Origin: Bacteriovoracia bacterium
GTDB lineage: Bacteria > Bdellovibrionota > UBA1018 > JBFWNL01
DNA length: 64,000 bases
Assembly (NCBI GenBank): GCA_050251055.1
Contig: JBFWNL010000008.1
Span: forward strand, 32,001-96,000
Reading direction: 5' to 3'
Under the pieces are notes generated by a model. It was not told the origin of the DNA, did no database searches, and saw only the letters and a list, made by a program, of their open reading frames with translations. Shown here piece after piece: positions 42,048 through 54,300 of this stretch (positions are counted from its first letter, which is position 1; every line of letters begins with the position of its first letter). A program made the translations under genes and the position numbers.

Positions 42048-42821
42048 TTAAATGCGCGTTGGGCCTGGCGGGAGCGCGCCGGCACGGAGCTTCTGTTCCG
42101 CGCTCGATGCGCGCAGATAATTTGGATGAAGCTCGGAAAAACGCACGGCTTTTTTTTCCAAAAACTCCCGCCAAACCAGCGTACCCAGCTCAGCCGCCCG
42201 CACCGAATGAGAGGAAGCCTCCCGGGGCTCCCGACGCTCGCCGGGCAATCCTTCAAAGTAGCGGGGATACCGCAGCACCGCCTCTCCTACCGCGATCCAA
42301 GGTGCATCGCTTCCGCGTTGGGAGAGCACTTGCTCCAGATGAAGGCGCATTGCGGCGGGTTCCATGACCCGTTCTTTTGGACCACCGTTTCTCCATTGGG
42401 AAGCTTCGCCACCAGCAACGAAGAGCTCGCCCTTAGCCGCGTCCGTAGACGCGATGATGTAGGGCTCCCCGGTTTTTTCTGCAGCGGCCTCGGCGATCGG
42501 GATTCCGAGCGCGCGCAGACTCGAAAAGCCGACTACCGGTGCGTCCAGCCCCTGGGCCAGGGAACGCGCCGTGGTCACCCCGATACGTAAACCGGTAAAG
42601 CTGCCCGGTCCGCGCCCCACCGCGAGAAAATCCAGATCCCGAATCTTCCAACGCTGGTTCGTTAAAAGTTCATCAATCGCCCAAAGCAGCCGTTCGGAAT
42701 GCACCGCCGTGGCGTCGAGCGTGAGCTCGGCCCGGCACTCTGGGCGCACGGCCTCCGGTTGAGCTTCAAAGAGCGCGACGCTGCCGACTTTAGAGGAAGT
42801 ATCCCAAACGCAAAACCGCAC
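42048..42821 (-). CDS. tsaB: tRNA t6A biosynthesis protein TsaB
   Basis: WDTSS, HSERL, GPGSFTGLRIG, PNYLR. Confidence 0.92.
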   Translation of the reverse strand: MRFCVWDTSSKVGSVALFEAQPEAVRPECRAELTLDATAVHSERLLWAIDELLTNQRWKIRDLDFLAVGRGPGSFTGLRIGVTTARSLAQGLDAPVVGFSSLRALGIPIAEAAAEKTGEPYIIASTDAAKGELFVAGGEASQWRNGGPKERVMEPAAMRLHLEQVLSQRGSDAPWIAVGEAVLRYPRYFEGLPGERREPREASSHSVRAAELGTLVWREFLEKKAVRFSELHPNYLRASSAEQKLRAGALPPGPTRI

Positions 42822-42830
42822 GGGGTTAAC

Positions 42831-44462
42831 CTAGAAATTCACGAACCGCAGAATGTCGTTCTTCATGACGATAATCATGAGGAGCAGGATGAGCGAGAGC
42901 CCCACCTGCTGCACGAACTCCATCTGCTTCACGGTGAGCGCCTTGCCGCGGATCCACTCCACACCCAAAAGCAGGATATGGCCGCCGTCCAAGACTGGCA
43001 CCGGTAGGATGTTCAAAATCCCCAGGCCGACCGAAAGAATCGCCATCGTGGTGAGGAAAGCGACCAGGCCATGTTCAAGCGAATCGCCCGCGATCTTCGC
43101 GATCAGCAACGGACCGCCCAAAGTCTTCACCGAAACATCGCCCGTGAACATCTTGAGGATCGAAACCAAGTTGCGCCATGAGAATACAACCGTGCGCTCG
43201 ACGCCCTTGTAAACCAGCGTGAAAGGGTTCAGGATCCGCTCGGCGACCGTTTTCATTTCGGCGTAAACCAGCATCGGCGCGATGCCGATCGTGTACTGCG
43301 TGATCTTGTTCAAGAGCGGGTCTTTTTCCTTGGTCTCGGTCGGCGTGAGCTTCGCGGTCATGAACTTGCCTTCACGCTCCCAAGTCACTTCCACCTGGCC
43401 TTTTTCTCCCATTTTTTGGATGGCTTGGCGCATGGAATAGAAGCTCCCGATCGCGTCTCCGCCCACGCGGGCGATCCGGTCGCCCTTTTGAATGCCGGCC
43501 TTCGAGGCAGGCGCATCGGCTAACGCCTTGTCGACAAAGAGTTCGGAAGAATGCAGGCCCCAGTCGGCGAGCGGAGCCATCTTACCGCCTTTGGCGGTCG
43601 CCACCGTCAGCTCCGCGCTCGCGACGGCTTCCTTCGCATCCTTATACTGGATACGGACCTTATCGCCCGCCCGAAGCGCCGCCGCGGCGGCTTCGACCTG
43701 TTCCCAGTTCGTGACCGCTTGCCCATTGAATTCCGTGATTTGATCACCCGTCTTGAGACCAGCCCGCCCGGCTGGCGATTGCGGGTCGGAGATGCCAATC
43801 TGGGTCGAACGCGCGACCGCGACCATACCGTCGATCTTGCCGACCTGGGTTTCCTCGCCGAACTCGCTGAAGCCGTTTTCGGTCGTGGGCGTCACTTTGA
43901 ACTCCACCGCCTGCGCCTCGCCTGGGTGAAGCACCGTAAAACGCATTTCTTGGTTGGGGTGGTCGTTGATTTGGCTCACCACCTCGTGGAAAGTCTTCAC
44001 CGGCTGCCCGTTGATCTGCTGGACTTCGTCGCCGCTACGGAAACCCATCGTCGCGGCCTCGGAACCGGGCTCCACGCGACCGATGACGCTCGCAAGCTGG
44101 GGTTCACCAATGGCGAGAATCGCCATGAAGACGAAAACCGCGAAGATAAAATTAAAGAGCGGACCGCCGAGAAAAATAAAGAACCGTTTCCAAGGAAGCT
44201 GCGCCTGCAACGAGCGGCGTTTGTCTTCCGGAGGTAGTTCCACGCCCGGTTCCTCGCCCAAGAGTTTCACGTATCCGCCGAGGGGAACCGCCGAGACGCG
44301 GAAATCCGTTTCGCCGTACTTGCGCGACCAAAGCTTGGGCCCGAAACCGATGGAGAAGACTTCGGCCTTCACGCCGAACAGCTTGGCGAACAAGAAGTGG
44401 CCCAGCTCGTGGACGACGACCAAAGGCGCTAAGATGACGATGAAACCTAACATGCTGAGCAA
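42831..44462 (-). CDS. rseP: RIP metalloprotease RseP with three PDZ domains
   Basis: HELGH, FSIGFGP, PLGGYV, GPLFN, NILPVPVLDGG. Confidence 0.95.
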   Translation of the reverse strand: MLSMLGFIVILAPLVVVHELGHFLFAKLFGVKAEVFSIGFGPKLWSRKYGETDFRVSAVPLGGYVKLLGEEPGVELPPEDKRRSLQAQLPWKRFFIFLGGPLFNFIFAVFVFMAILAIGEPQLASVIGRVEPGSEAATMGFRSGDEVQQINGQPVKTFHEVVSQINDHPNQEMRFTVLHPGEAQAVEFKVTPTTENGFSEFGEETQVGKIDGMVAVARSTQIGISDPQSPAGRAGLKTGDQITEFNGQAVTNWEQVEAAAAALRAGDKVRIQYKDAKEAVASAELTVATAKGGKMAPLADWGLHSSELFVDKALADAPASKAGIQKGDRIARVGGDAIGSFYSMRQAIQKMGEKGQVEVTWEREGKFMTAKLTPTETKEKDPLLNKITQYTIGIAPMLVYAEMKTVAERILNPFTLVYKGVERTVVFSWRNLVSILKMFTGDVSVKTLGGPLLIAKIAGDSLEHGLVAFLTTMAILSVGLGILNILPVPVLDGGHILLLGVEWIRGKALTVKQMEFVQQVGLSLILLLMIIVMKNDILRFVNF

Positions 44463-44484
44463 GGGATTCTCCTATCCGCCGGCG

Positions 44485-45306
44485 TTAGCGAAGCAGCTGG
44501 ATGAGAGTATACATGGCGGGAAGGCTAAAAACCACACCGTCGAACCGATCGAGGAAACCGCCGTGACCCGGCAAAATTTTCCCCGAATCTTTTTTGTCAA
44601 AAGCTCGCTTGAGGAAACTTTCACAAAGATCGCCCACTTGGGAGACCACGCTCACGATCGCGGCAATAGCGACGACGAGGAAGGCCGGGATCGGGAAGTG
44701 AAAAACTCGGGTACAAATCAGCGCGACCAACATGCTCGCCAAAAGTCCGCCGAACGCGCCTTCGACCGTCTTCTTTGGACTGATTAGCGGGTAGAGCTTG
44801 TGCTTACCGAAGCGCTTGCCCACGAAGTAGGCCCCGGTGTCCCCCGCCCAATTCACGAATAAAAAAAGCAGCACCCAAGATTGGCCGAATCGATCCTGGC
44901 GAATCGCCGGCAGGAGCAGGGGCAGGTAGATCAGGTAAACGATGGCGAAAATGGAGTACATCAGCTCCTGGCAATGCGCGAGGAACGCGGAACCCTGGTA
45001 ACGTTGCGCGGTGACCAGAAAATAAGTGAAGAGTGCGAGGAACGTAAAAAACAGCGAATTCATCCGCAGCGTGGGTGACATCCAACCCATGACGAATGCC
45101 AGCAGCGCGAGCGCCGCTAGCACCCAGAACTTCTGCTGCTTATCGGGCATGTTAAAAGTAATGTGGCTGAACTCGTAGAGCATGCCGAAGGAAAGCACGA
45201 GGGTGAGAAAAACCGTGCCGCCCACGCCACCGACGGTAACGAGCGCAATGAGCAGAGACGCGCCCAAGACGCCGGTAACGACCCGCAAACCCAGCTCACG
45301 GCTCAT
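44485..45306 (-). CDS. cdsA: Phosphatidate cytidylyltransferase
   Basis: DTGAYF, ISPKKTVEG, GDLCESFLKR, KDSG..LPGHGGFLDRFD. Confidence 0.95.
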   Translation of the reverse strand: MSRELGLRVVTGVLGASLLIALVTVGGVGGTVFLTLVLSFGMLYEFSHITFNMPDKQQKFWVLAALALLAFVMGWMSPTLRMNSLFFTFLALFTYFLVTAQRYQGSAFLAHCQELMYSIFAIVYLIYLPLLLPAIRQDRFGQSWVLLFLFVNWAGDTGAYFVGKRFGKHKLYPLISPKKTVEGAFGGLLASMLVALICTRVFHFPIPAFLVVAIAAIVSVVSQVGDLCESFLKRAFDKKDSGKILPGHGGFLDRFDGVVFSLPAMYTLIQLLR

Positions 45307-46094
45307 GCCGGCGAGCCCACCTGGGGGGTCACCACGGATCCGGGCGCCACGCCGGACGGAAGACTCGACGCCAGCGGCCGCACGTTTTGCACGCCGCCGA
45401 AACGGCGATCCCGCTGGCCGAACGCGGTCACGGCGGCGGCGAAGTGCTCGGGCGTGAAGTCAGGCCAGCACACGTCATCGAAGTAATATTCCGCGTACGC
45501 CGCCTGCCAGAGCAGGAAGTTACTGATACGCATCTCACCGCTCGTACGAATGACCAGATCCACTTCGGCTAAATCGCCCAAATCCGCAGTCCAGAGATAC
45601 TTCCACATCAGGGCTTCCGACATCTCTTCCGGTCGACGACGGCCCTCCACGCAGTCCCGCGCGAAAAGCGCGGCTGCCCGCACGAGCTCGCTGCGGGCTC
45701 CGTAAGAAAGCATGAGATTGAGCTGCAAGCCGGTATTCTGGGATAAGCGCCGTTCCGCGTCTTGCACGAGCGCCCGCAGCTCGGGATTCAAACGATCGAG
45801 CTGGCCGCATACGCGCAGCCGGATGTTCTCGCGATCGAGCTCCTCGGTCTCGTCGAGGATGCTTTTCTTGAGCAGCTTCCAAAGCACCTGGAGTTCGGCG
45901 GCGGGGCGCGACCAGTTTTCCGTGGAAAACCCGAAGAGCGTGACCGCTTTCACGCCGAGACGGTCGGCCTCCTTCACCACGGCCTTCACCCTAGATGCGC
46001 CGCGTACGTGCCCGTAGGCGCGCGGATGGCCGCGACTTACGGCCCACCGACCGTTGCCATCCATAATGATCGCGACATGCTTCGGAGTTTGCAT
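45303..46094 (-). CDS. uppS: Undecaprenyl diphosphate synthase
   Basis: HVAIIMDGNGRWA, FSTENWSRP, RTSGEMRISNFLLWQ. Confidence 0.97.
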   Translation of the reverse strand: MQTPKHVAIIMDGNGRWAVSRGHPRAYGHVRGASRVKAVVKEADRLGVKAVTLFGFSTENWSRPAAELQVLWKLLKKSILDETEELDRENIRLRVCGQLDRLNPELRALVQDAERRLSQNTGLQLNLMLSYGARSELVRAAALFARDCVEGRRRPEEMSEALMWKYLWTADLGDLAEVDLVIRTSGEMRISNFLLWQAAYAEYYFDDVCWPDFTPEHFAAAVTAFGQRDRRFGGVQNVRPLASSLPSGVAPGSVVTPQVGSPA

Positions 46095-46096
46095 GC

Positions 46097-46654
46097 CTAC
46101 ACCGTCATGATTTCTTTTTCTTTGGCTTCAATCAGCTTGTCGACTTCGGCGATCTTCTCGTCCGTCTTCTTCTGGATGAGATCCATGCCCTTCTTGGCTT
46201 CGTCGGTGGAGACGGCCTTCGCCTTCTCCTGCTTCTTGAACTCTTCGTTGGCGTCGCGGCGGTGGTTACGGACGGCGATCTTGGCGTCTTCGCCGAGCTT
46301 TTTAACGACCTTCACCATCTCCTTGCGGCGCTCCTCCGTGGGGGAAGGCACCGGCAGACGGATCACCTTGCCGTCCGAGCGGGGGTTCAGGCCGATATTG
46401 GCGGCCAAAATAGCTTTTTCGATCGGCGCGATCATGGCCGGTTCCCACGGCACGATCTGCACTGTACGCGCGTCGGGCACGGTCACGTTCGCCACCTGGC
46501 TAATCGGAACGTTCGATCCGTAGTAATCGACGCTCACCGAATCCACCAGGGCGGTCGAAGCGCGGCCCGTGCGAACCTTTACCAGCTCCTTCTGGAGGCT
46601 CTGCACGCTCTTTTCCATGTCTTTGCCCATTCCATCTACGATTGCGTTAGTCAC
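46097..46654 (-). CDS. frr: Ribosome recycling factor
   Basis: RTGRAS, VDYYG, PTEERRKE, AVRNHRRD. Confidence 0.97.
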   Translation of the reverse strand: MTNAIVDGMGKDMEKSVQSLQKELVKVRTGRASTALVDSVSVDYYGSNVPISQVANVTVPDARTVQIVPWEPAMIAPIEKAILAANIGLNPRSDGKVIRLPVPSPTEERRKEMVKVVKKLGEDAKIAVRNHRRDANEEFKKQEKAKAVSTDEAKKGMDLIQKKTDEKIAEVDKLIEAKEKEIMTV

Positions 46655-46666
46655 CTAAGGCTCCTC

Positions 46667-48006
<1,340 letters not shown>

Positions 48007-48029
48007 GAGATGCTCCTTATGCTACGCGA

Positions 48030-48950
48030 TTACTTCTTCTTCTTGGCCGGAGCCTTGGCGGGCGCCGCAGCGTCCGTCGGGGCAGCGGCGGCTTCCGCGC
48101 CAGCCTCGGGGGCTTCGCCTTCGGTGGCTTCCGCCGCCGACATCGCTTCCAGATCGGCCTCGTCGATGCCCTTGAGGTCGATATCGCCTTCGAACTTCGA
48201 GACCTTCTTCTCCTGGTCCGAATCGTCCTGGTTGGCGTCCACCTGGTTGGCGCGCAGCTTTTCTTGGAAAACCTTATCGCCTTCGAGGCAGCTGTCGGCG
48301 ATCAAGCGCGCGAACAAGCTCACGCTGCGGATCGCGTCGTCGTTGCCCGGGATGACGTAGTTCACTTCCGAAGGATCGCAGTTCGTGTCCACAACGGCCA
48401 CGATCGGGATGCCCAACTTCTTGGCTTCCTTCACGGCGATGTGTTCCTTCATCGTATCGACGATGAACAGGGCGCCCGGGAGCTTCTTCATGTCTTGAAT
48501 GCCGCCCAAGGACTTCTTCAGCTTATCGAGCTCGCGCTCGTAGCGGGACTGCTCCTTCTTCGAGGTGTGGGCCCATTCGGTGGATTCCTTGAGGGCCTCG
48601 ATCTTCTTCATGCGATCGATGGAGGCCTTCACGGTTTGGTAATTCGTGAGCATGCCGCCCAACCAGCGGTTGGTGACGTAGCCCATGCCGGCGCGCTTGG
48701 CTTCGCTTTCAATCACGTCCTTGGCTTGCTTCTTCGTGCCGACAAAGAGCACGCGCTTGCCTTCGGAAGCGAGCTTCGAAACGAAGTCGCAAGCCGAACG
48801 GGTGTGTTCGACGGTCTTTTGGAGATCGATGATGTAGATCCCGTTACGAGCACCAAAGACGAAAGGCTTCATCTTGGGGTTCCAGTGATTGGTTTGGTGA
48901 CCGAAGTGAACCCCGGCTTCCAGCAGTTCCCGCATAGTGACGGTTGGCAT
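48030..48950 (-). CDS. rpsB: 30S ribosomal protein S2 with acidic/Ala-rich C-terminal extension
   Basis: [26 protein letters not shown]. Confidence 0.98.
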   Translation of the reverse strand: MPTVTMRELLEAGVHFGHQTNHWNPKMKPFVFGARNGIYIIDLQKTVEHTRSACDFVSKLASEGKRVLFVGTKKQAKDVIESEAKRAGMGYVTNRWLGGMLTNYQTVKASIDRMKKIEALKESTEWAHTSKKEQSRYERELDKLKKSLGGIQDMKKLPGALFIVDTMKEHIAVKEAKKLGIPIVAVVDTNCDPSEVNYVIPGNDDAIRSVSLFARLIADSCLEGDKVFQEKLRANQVDANQDDSDQEKKVSKFEGDIDLKGIDEADLEAMSAAEATEGEAPEAGAEAAAAPTDAAAPAKAPAKKKK

Positions 48951-49019
48951 TGTTTTCTATTCTCCTGATGTGAATAGCGGAATCGCGAAACGCAAAGAAA
49001 GTGCGCTCAGAGAGCCCGC

Positions 49020-49098
49020 GGTTTATCCTCCACCCTCAAAACCGCCGGGGTCGATTCCGATCCCGAAGGCACCACGTTCATGACGAGGGTGTGTGTAG
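49020..49098 (-). promoter_or_regulatory. rpsB 5' leader (S2 autogenous control element)
   Basis: Minus strand ACACACACCCTC...GTGGTGCCTTCGGG...GAGGGTGGAGGATAAACC resembles conserved rpsB leader features, with closing stem CACCCTC/GAGGGTG. Confidence 0.65.
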
Positions 49099-49220
49099 TT
49101 TTACTTCTGGAAAGCTTGTACCGTGCGGGGGGAAGCGCTTCAAGGGGATTCTCTGAGTAGCGTTGTAGGCCAATAGGGGGGCGTAGAAGTTGATCATTTC
49201 AATAAGAATACGTGTAAGTA

Positions 49221-50051
49221 TTGATTATTGCTGATTCTACTGCGAAGCTAGTGCCAGTGAGAGTTGCCACCCTTCTCCTCCTTAGCCTCGGAGGCCTTGG
49301 ACTTGCCACGTATCCGGGCTCCTTCGCCGATGAACCTACCCTGTCGGCGGCCACGTCCGTGTACGACCCCAGAAATCGGCTGGTACCAGAGCTCAAGCAA
49401 GCGCTCGAGGCCATTTCGATCGAGCAGCTGACCGCAGGCGGCCAACGCCTGATGCTCGCGGTGTTCGATCAAGCGGAGGGCGGATCGCCCGAGGACACGG
49501 CTCGCCGATACTTCGATCGATCGCGGCAAGTGGACGCGGGCCTGCTGGTGCACGGCTCGAAAGATCAACGCATTTTGGTGGCTCTCTTTTGGTCAGAAAA
49601 AGAAGTCGTCGTCGAAACTGGGCTCGGTTTGGACGCTCTAGTTAGCCGCGACACCCTCCAAGGGATCGCCGACGAGCAGCTCGCACCCCGACTTAAAGGA
49701 GGAGGGGTCGCCACCGGCATCATCCGCACCTACCTCGGTATCTTGCGCGCGATCGAAAGCCCGCTGGTGCCCAGTCAAAAGGCCGAGCAAATTTTCAACG
49801 CGTGGTCGATCGAGGGCGCCGCCGCACCCGCGCCGGTATCGTGGACCTGGCTTTTCGTGATCTTCGCGAGTTCGGGATTGGCGCTCGCCGTGATCGGCGT
49901 CCTGATTTCTTCGGTGGAATGGCACGTCTCGCACGAAGGCACGATCCGTATCAGCCCCGTGACCCGCTTCCTGTTTGACCTGCGGACGCGCCTAGCCGGC
50001 CGAAAGACCGCGGGGCCAGGCGATCTAGGAGGCTCCGTTGCTGACTGGTAA
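49221..50051 (+). CDS. TPM-domain membrane protein
   Basis: Signal peptide, VETGLGLD (TPM 'IEVGYGLE'-like) and a C-terminal TM. Start may be GTG at 49251. Confidence 0.65.
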   Translation: MIIADSTAKLVPVRVATLLLLSLGGLGLATYPGSFADEPTLSAATSVYDPRNRLVPELKQALEAISIEQLTAGGQRLMLAVFDQAEGGSPEDTARRYFDRSRQVDAGLLVHGSKDQRILVALFWSEKEVVVETGLGLDALVSRDTLQGIADEQLAPRLKGGGVATGIIRTYLGILRAIESPLVPSQKAEQIFNAWSIEGAAAPAPVSWTWLFVIFASSGLALAVIGVLISSVEWHVSHEGTIRISPVTRFLFDLRTRLAGRKTAGPGDLGGSVADW

Positions 50052-50421
50052 GTCGTCCAAGATCCAAACCGCGATCGAAGAGGCGCAGGCCCAGGCGCTA
50101 GGTGAGATCCGGGTGCACATCAGCTCACGGCGGTTTGAGCGGGATCCCCTGCGCTCGGCCCAAAACCTGTTTCGCATGCTTAAGCTCGATCGATCCGGCG
50201 CGCGTAACGGGGTTCTGATCTACGTGAATCAACGCCGGCGCAAGCTCGCCGTCGTGGCGGATTTTGTGTTCATGGAGGCGGTAGGCCCCCGCTACCTCGA
50301 TGACCTCTGCACGCTTCTACGCAATGACCTGAACTGTACGCACATCGAGAATGCGCTCGCGATGGCGGTGCGTGTGCTGGGGATTACCCTGCAGAAGCAC
50401 TTTCCGCGATTGGAAGCCTAA
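50038..50421 (+). CDS. TPM-domain protein (short, cytoplasmic type)
   Basis: AIEEA...GEIRVHI, RNGVLIYV, LAVVAD, LQKHFP. Confidence 0.8.
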   Translation: MLTGKSSKIQTAIEEAQAQALGEIRVHISSRRFERDPLRSAQNLFRMLKLDRSGARNGVLIYVNQRRRKLAVVADFVFMEAVGPRYLDDLCTLLRNDLNCTHIENALAMAVRVLGITLQKHFPRLEA

Positions 50422-51383
50422 AAATCAAGTAGCTGCTCGGCGGGTTGATTCAAGCGCCACGACGGGGCCCGCGAATTCAAGGGTTCGCCCGCGATTACCT
50501 TCGCATAAAGCTTGAGGTAGCTTTCCACCATGACCGCGGAAGAAAACCGCGCTTCCGCGCGCGCCCGGATGCATTCCGGATCGAAAGCCTTCGGCGGTTC
50601 CAGCAGGGCACGGGAAAAATCCGCGAAGCGATCGCAAAGAATGCCGTTCTCGTCGTCAACGAGCTCGGGCAGGCTACCGTACCGGGAGCCGATTACCGGC
50701 AACCCCGTCGCGAAGGCCTCGACCATCGAGATCCCGAAGGGTTCGTGCCAGCGTACGGGATTCAGGAGCGCGTGCGCGTTTTGGAGCAGACGGTTTTTTC
50801 CGACCTGGTCCACCTGGCCGTGGGATTTCACGTAGCGCGACCATATCCAGGCCCGCCCGCCCGCGATATCGAGCCGTTTGCGGCTGGCGCGAGCGGCCCG
50901 CACGCAATCCCGCAAGTTTTTCACCTTCCAGCTGGCCTTGGCGAGAAACAAAAACCGCTCCCACCCGGTGCCCGGGCGAGGGTGAAACGGATATTCCGAA
51001 AAATCCACGCCATTGTAGACAAAGCACTCGGCGCCGTGATTTTCAGCATGCTTACGGGAGAGAAAAACCACGTTCGGGGGGAAGACCTCACCCGTCCGCC
51101 CGTTCCCGTGAATGGTGGCCAGCGTCGGCACGCCCAGATCCCGCGGCGGCGGGTAGGTCAGGTGAACCACGTCCACGCCCTTCGGCAACCGGGTCCACCA
51201 CTCTCCGGTCGCGTCTTTCACGAAGCGCACGCCATCCCGCGAAAGATCGCTGCCGGCGGGCCCGATGAAAGTCACCTCGTGCCCCTGGCGTACGAGCTCT
51301 CGCATTGTCCATACGAGAATTCGCTCGGTACCGCCGTACTTCAAGGCGGGCAGGACGCGGGGATAATGGAATGTTACCTTCAT
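50418..51383 (-). CDS. Glycosyltransferase family 4
   Basis: YGGTER, TIHGN, VYNGVD, EPFGISMVEA...GLPVI. Confidence 0.9.
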   Translation of the reverse strand: MKVTFHYPRVLPALKYGGTERILVWTMRELVRQGHEVTFIGPAGSDLSRDGVRFVKDATGEWWTRLPKGVDVVHLTYPPPRDLGVPTLATIHGNGRTGEVFPPNVVFLSRKHAENHGAECFVYNGVDFSEYPFHPRPGTGWERFLFLAKASWKVKNLRDCVRAARASRKRLDIAGGRAWIWSRYVKSHGQVDQVGKNRLLQNAHALLNPVRWHEPFGISMVEAFATGLPVIGSRYGSLPELVDDENGILCDRFADFSRALLEPPKAFDPECIRARAEARFSSAVMVESYLKLYAKVIAGEPLNSRAPSWRLNQPAEQLLDF

Positions 51384-51398
51384 TATACTGGTTACTTA

Positions 51399-54300
51399 TT
51401 ATTGGGTGACCGTCGGGGTGGCCACGACCCGGCTCCGTTTGCGACCCGGGTGACCGGAGCCGTTCCCCTGGGTATTTGCGGACTCGTTCTCTTCTCCCGG
51501 CGCCTCGCCATCGAGCCACGACTTTTTGTTCTCGAACCGGCTCAGTGCCAGATAAACGCAGGGAACCAAGTACAACGTGAAGATCGTCGAGACCAGCACC
51601 CCACCGATGACCGTGACGGCCATCGGGATACGGCTCTCCGCCCCGGGGCCGATGGCCAAGGCGGGAGGGATCGCGCCCGCGATGGTCGCAAAGGACGTCA
51701 TTAAAATCGGCCGCAGCCGGATCGGGCAGGCCTGGAGCAGCGCCTTCACGACCGACTTCTCGCCGCGCTCGCGCACCTGGTTGGTGAAGTCCACGAGCAG
51801 GATCGAATTCTTCTTGGCGATCCCCATCAAAAGAATCAAGCCAATCATGCTGTAAATATTAATCGACTGCCCGCCCAGGTAAAGCGCGAAGAACGCGCCC
51901 GTGATGCTGAAAGGCAGCGCCACCAACACCGTCACCGGATCAATGAAGCTGTTGAATTGGGTCGCCAGCACCATATAGGCCACAAAAATTCCGAATACCA
52001 ACGCGAAGATTAGGCTACCGAACGATTCTTGAAACGTCTGGGAGCTTCCGCTGAAGACCACGTGATATTGATCAGGCAACACGCGCTTGGCGATGCTCTG
52101 AATTTCATCGAGGGCTCGCTTCTGGGATTGTCCCTTGGCGAGGTTGGCGTAAACCGTGATCGATCGTTCGCGATTCACGCGTGCCACCGCCTGCACGGTG
52201 GGCTTCTTGTCGATCCGCACGAGATCGGAGAGCCGCACCAGCTCTCCCCGATTATTACGGACATAAAGTCCCCGGATGCGTTCTACTTGGTCGCGTTCGT
52301 CGTCCTGAAGCTTGATGCGGATATCGTAACGATGGCCGTCCTTTGGATACTGTCCAATTCGTTGGCCCCCGATCATGGCGTTGATCGTCTCGCCCACGGC
52401 CCGTAGCGGCACCCCACGTTCGGACGCCTTGATGCGGTCCGGAAAAATCTGAATCTCCGGCATCCCTACCTTATAGTCGGTATCGATATCCGTCACGAGA
52501 CCGGTCTTCGAAAGTTCCTCGCGGATCGCGTTCGCGTGCTTAGCCAGCTCTTCCCAGTTCGGACCTTGCACGGTGAATTCCACCGGAAACCCGCGAGAGC
52601 TAGTTAATCCCCGCATATTGAAATCCTGTACGACCAGGCGAAATTCCTTGCTCTTGCCGAGCGTCTTACGCGCCAACGCCATCATGTCCTGCTGGGTCAG
52701 CTCACGCCCGAGCTCCGGATCGATCCCGCGCTGCCCGCGCGGCTTCATCGTGACGACCACGCGCGCCTGGTTGATGTCGCCGCTTTGGTTACCGCCGCCG
52801 GCCCCCACCGTGACGAAGTAACGGAACACTTCCGGACGGTTCTTCACGAACTCTTCCACGGTCTTGGCGCGCTCGTCGGTGAGCGATAGTGACGATCCGA
52901 CCGGGGTTTGAATCACGATCGCGAAACGCCCTTGATCCTCGGCCGGAATGAACTCCTGACGAATTAATTTCAAGATGAAGAAGCTGCCCACGCAAACCGC
53001 GGTAGCCGCGCCGATCACCGCCCACTTGCGCCGAAGCGCCAACTCGAGCGTGCGTCCGTAGAAAGTCGCCGCCGCCGTCATCGCGGCTTCGAAAAACCGA
53101 CCGAGCTTGGTCGCGCGCTGCTCGGCCACGTGTTCGGCGCCCAAGCTCGCCGCCCGCATGGGGCTTAAGGTAAGGGCTTCCAGTAGGGAAATCAACACCG
53201 CCGCCGTCATCGTTACGCCAAACTGGAAAAAGAACTTGCCGATGATGCCGCTCATGAAAGCCACCGGCAGAAAGATCGCGACGACCGAGACGCTAGCGGC
53301 GGCCGCGGCAAACGTGATTTCCTTTGCCCCATCCAGCGCCGCGCGGCCCCGGGACTTCCCCATCTCCCGGTGACGGGTAATATTCTCCAGCACCATGATG
53401 GCATCGTCGACGACGATTCCGATCGCCATGCTCAGCGCGAGCAAGGTGAAGGTATTCAGCGTGAACCCAAAAAAGTGCAGGACGCTAAACGCGCCAATGA
53501 TGGAGGTGGGAATCGCGAGCAGGACGTTGAACGTGGAGGAGAACGACCCCAAGAACATCCAACATACGAGGCCGGTCATCAGGGCCGAAAGAAGCAGCGT
53601 GAAATTCAGCTCGCCCACCGCCTCTTCTACGTATTTTGAGGAATCGAAGTTGATCCCGACGCTCATGCCTTTCGGCAGGTCGGGCTGGATCTCGGCGAGC
53701 TTTGCGCGAACCGCGCGGGCCACCGCCACCGCGTTCGATCCCCGCTGCTTGACGATCCCGACGTTTAGGGAGGACTGGCCCATCGCGCGCGCCACCGTGC
53801 GCACGTCCTCGGTGCCTTCCTGAAGCGTGGCCACGTCGGCTAGCCGGATGGGATTGTAGTTCGGACCGCCGCCCCGCGTATTGAGCCGAAGCTGGCCAAA
53901 CTGATCGGGTTCGGTCGCCTCTCCGTAAAAGCGCATGTTGTATTCGAAAACGCCTTCGTTCACCTGGCCCGTCGGCGGGTCGACGTGCTCGCGTCCGACG
54001 TTGTCGATCACGTCGTTCACCGCGAGTTGAAAACGCTTCAGATCCTTGTCCCGAATCCACACCCGCATATTAGGTTCGAGGTATCCGCCCATGCGCACCT
54101 CGCCGACGCCGGGCAAGGTGGCAAACTTGTTCTTGAGCGTATCGCGCACGTAAGTCATGAGCTCCTGGCGCGTGTAGCCTTCCGCCTGGACAGAAAAGAA
54201 AAGAATCGGCAGGTCATCCGGGTTGGTCTTGGTGATACTCGGAGGATCCATCTCCGAGGGGAGCTGCTTTTGCGCTTGCGCGATCTTCGCCTGAACATCT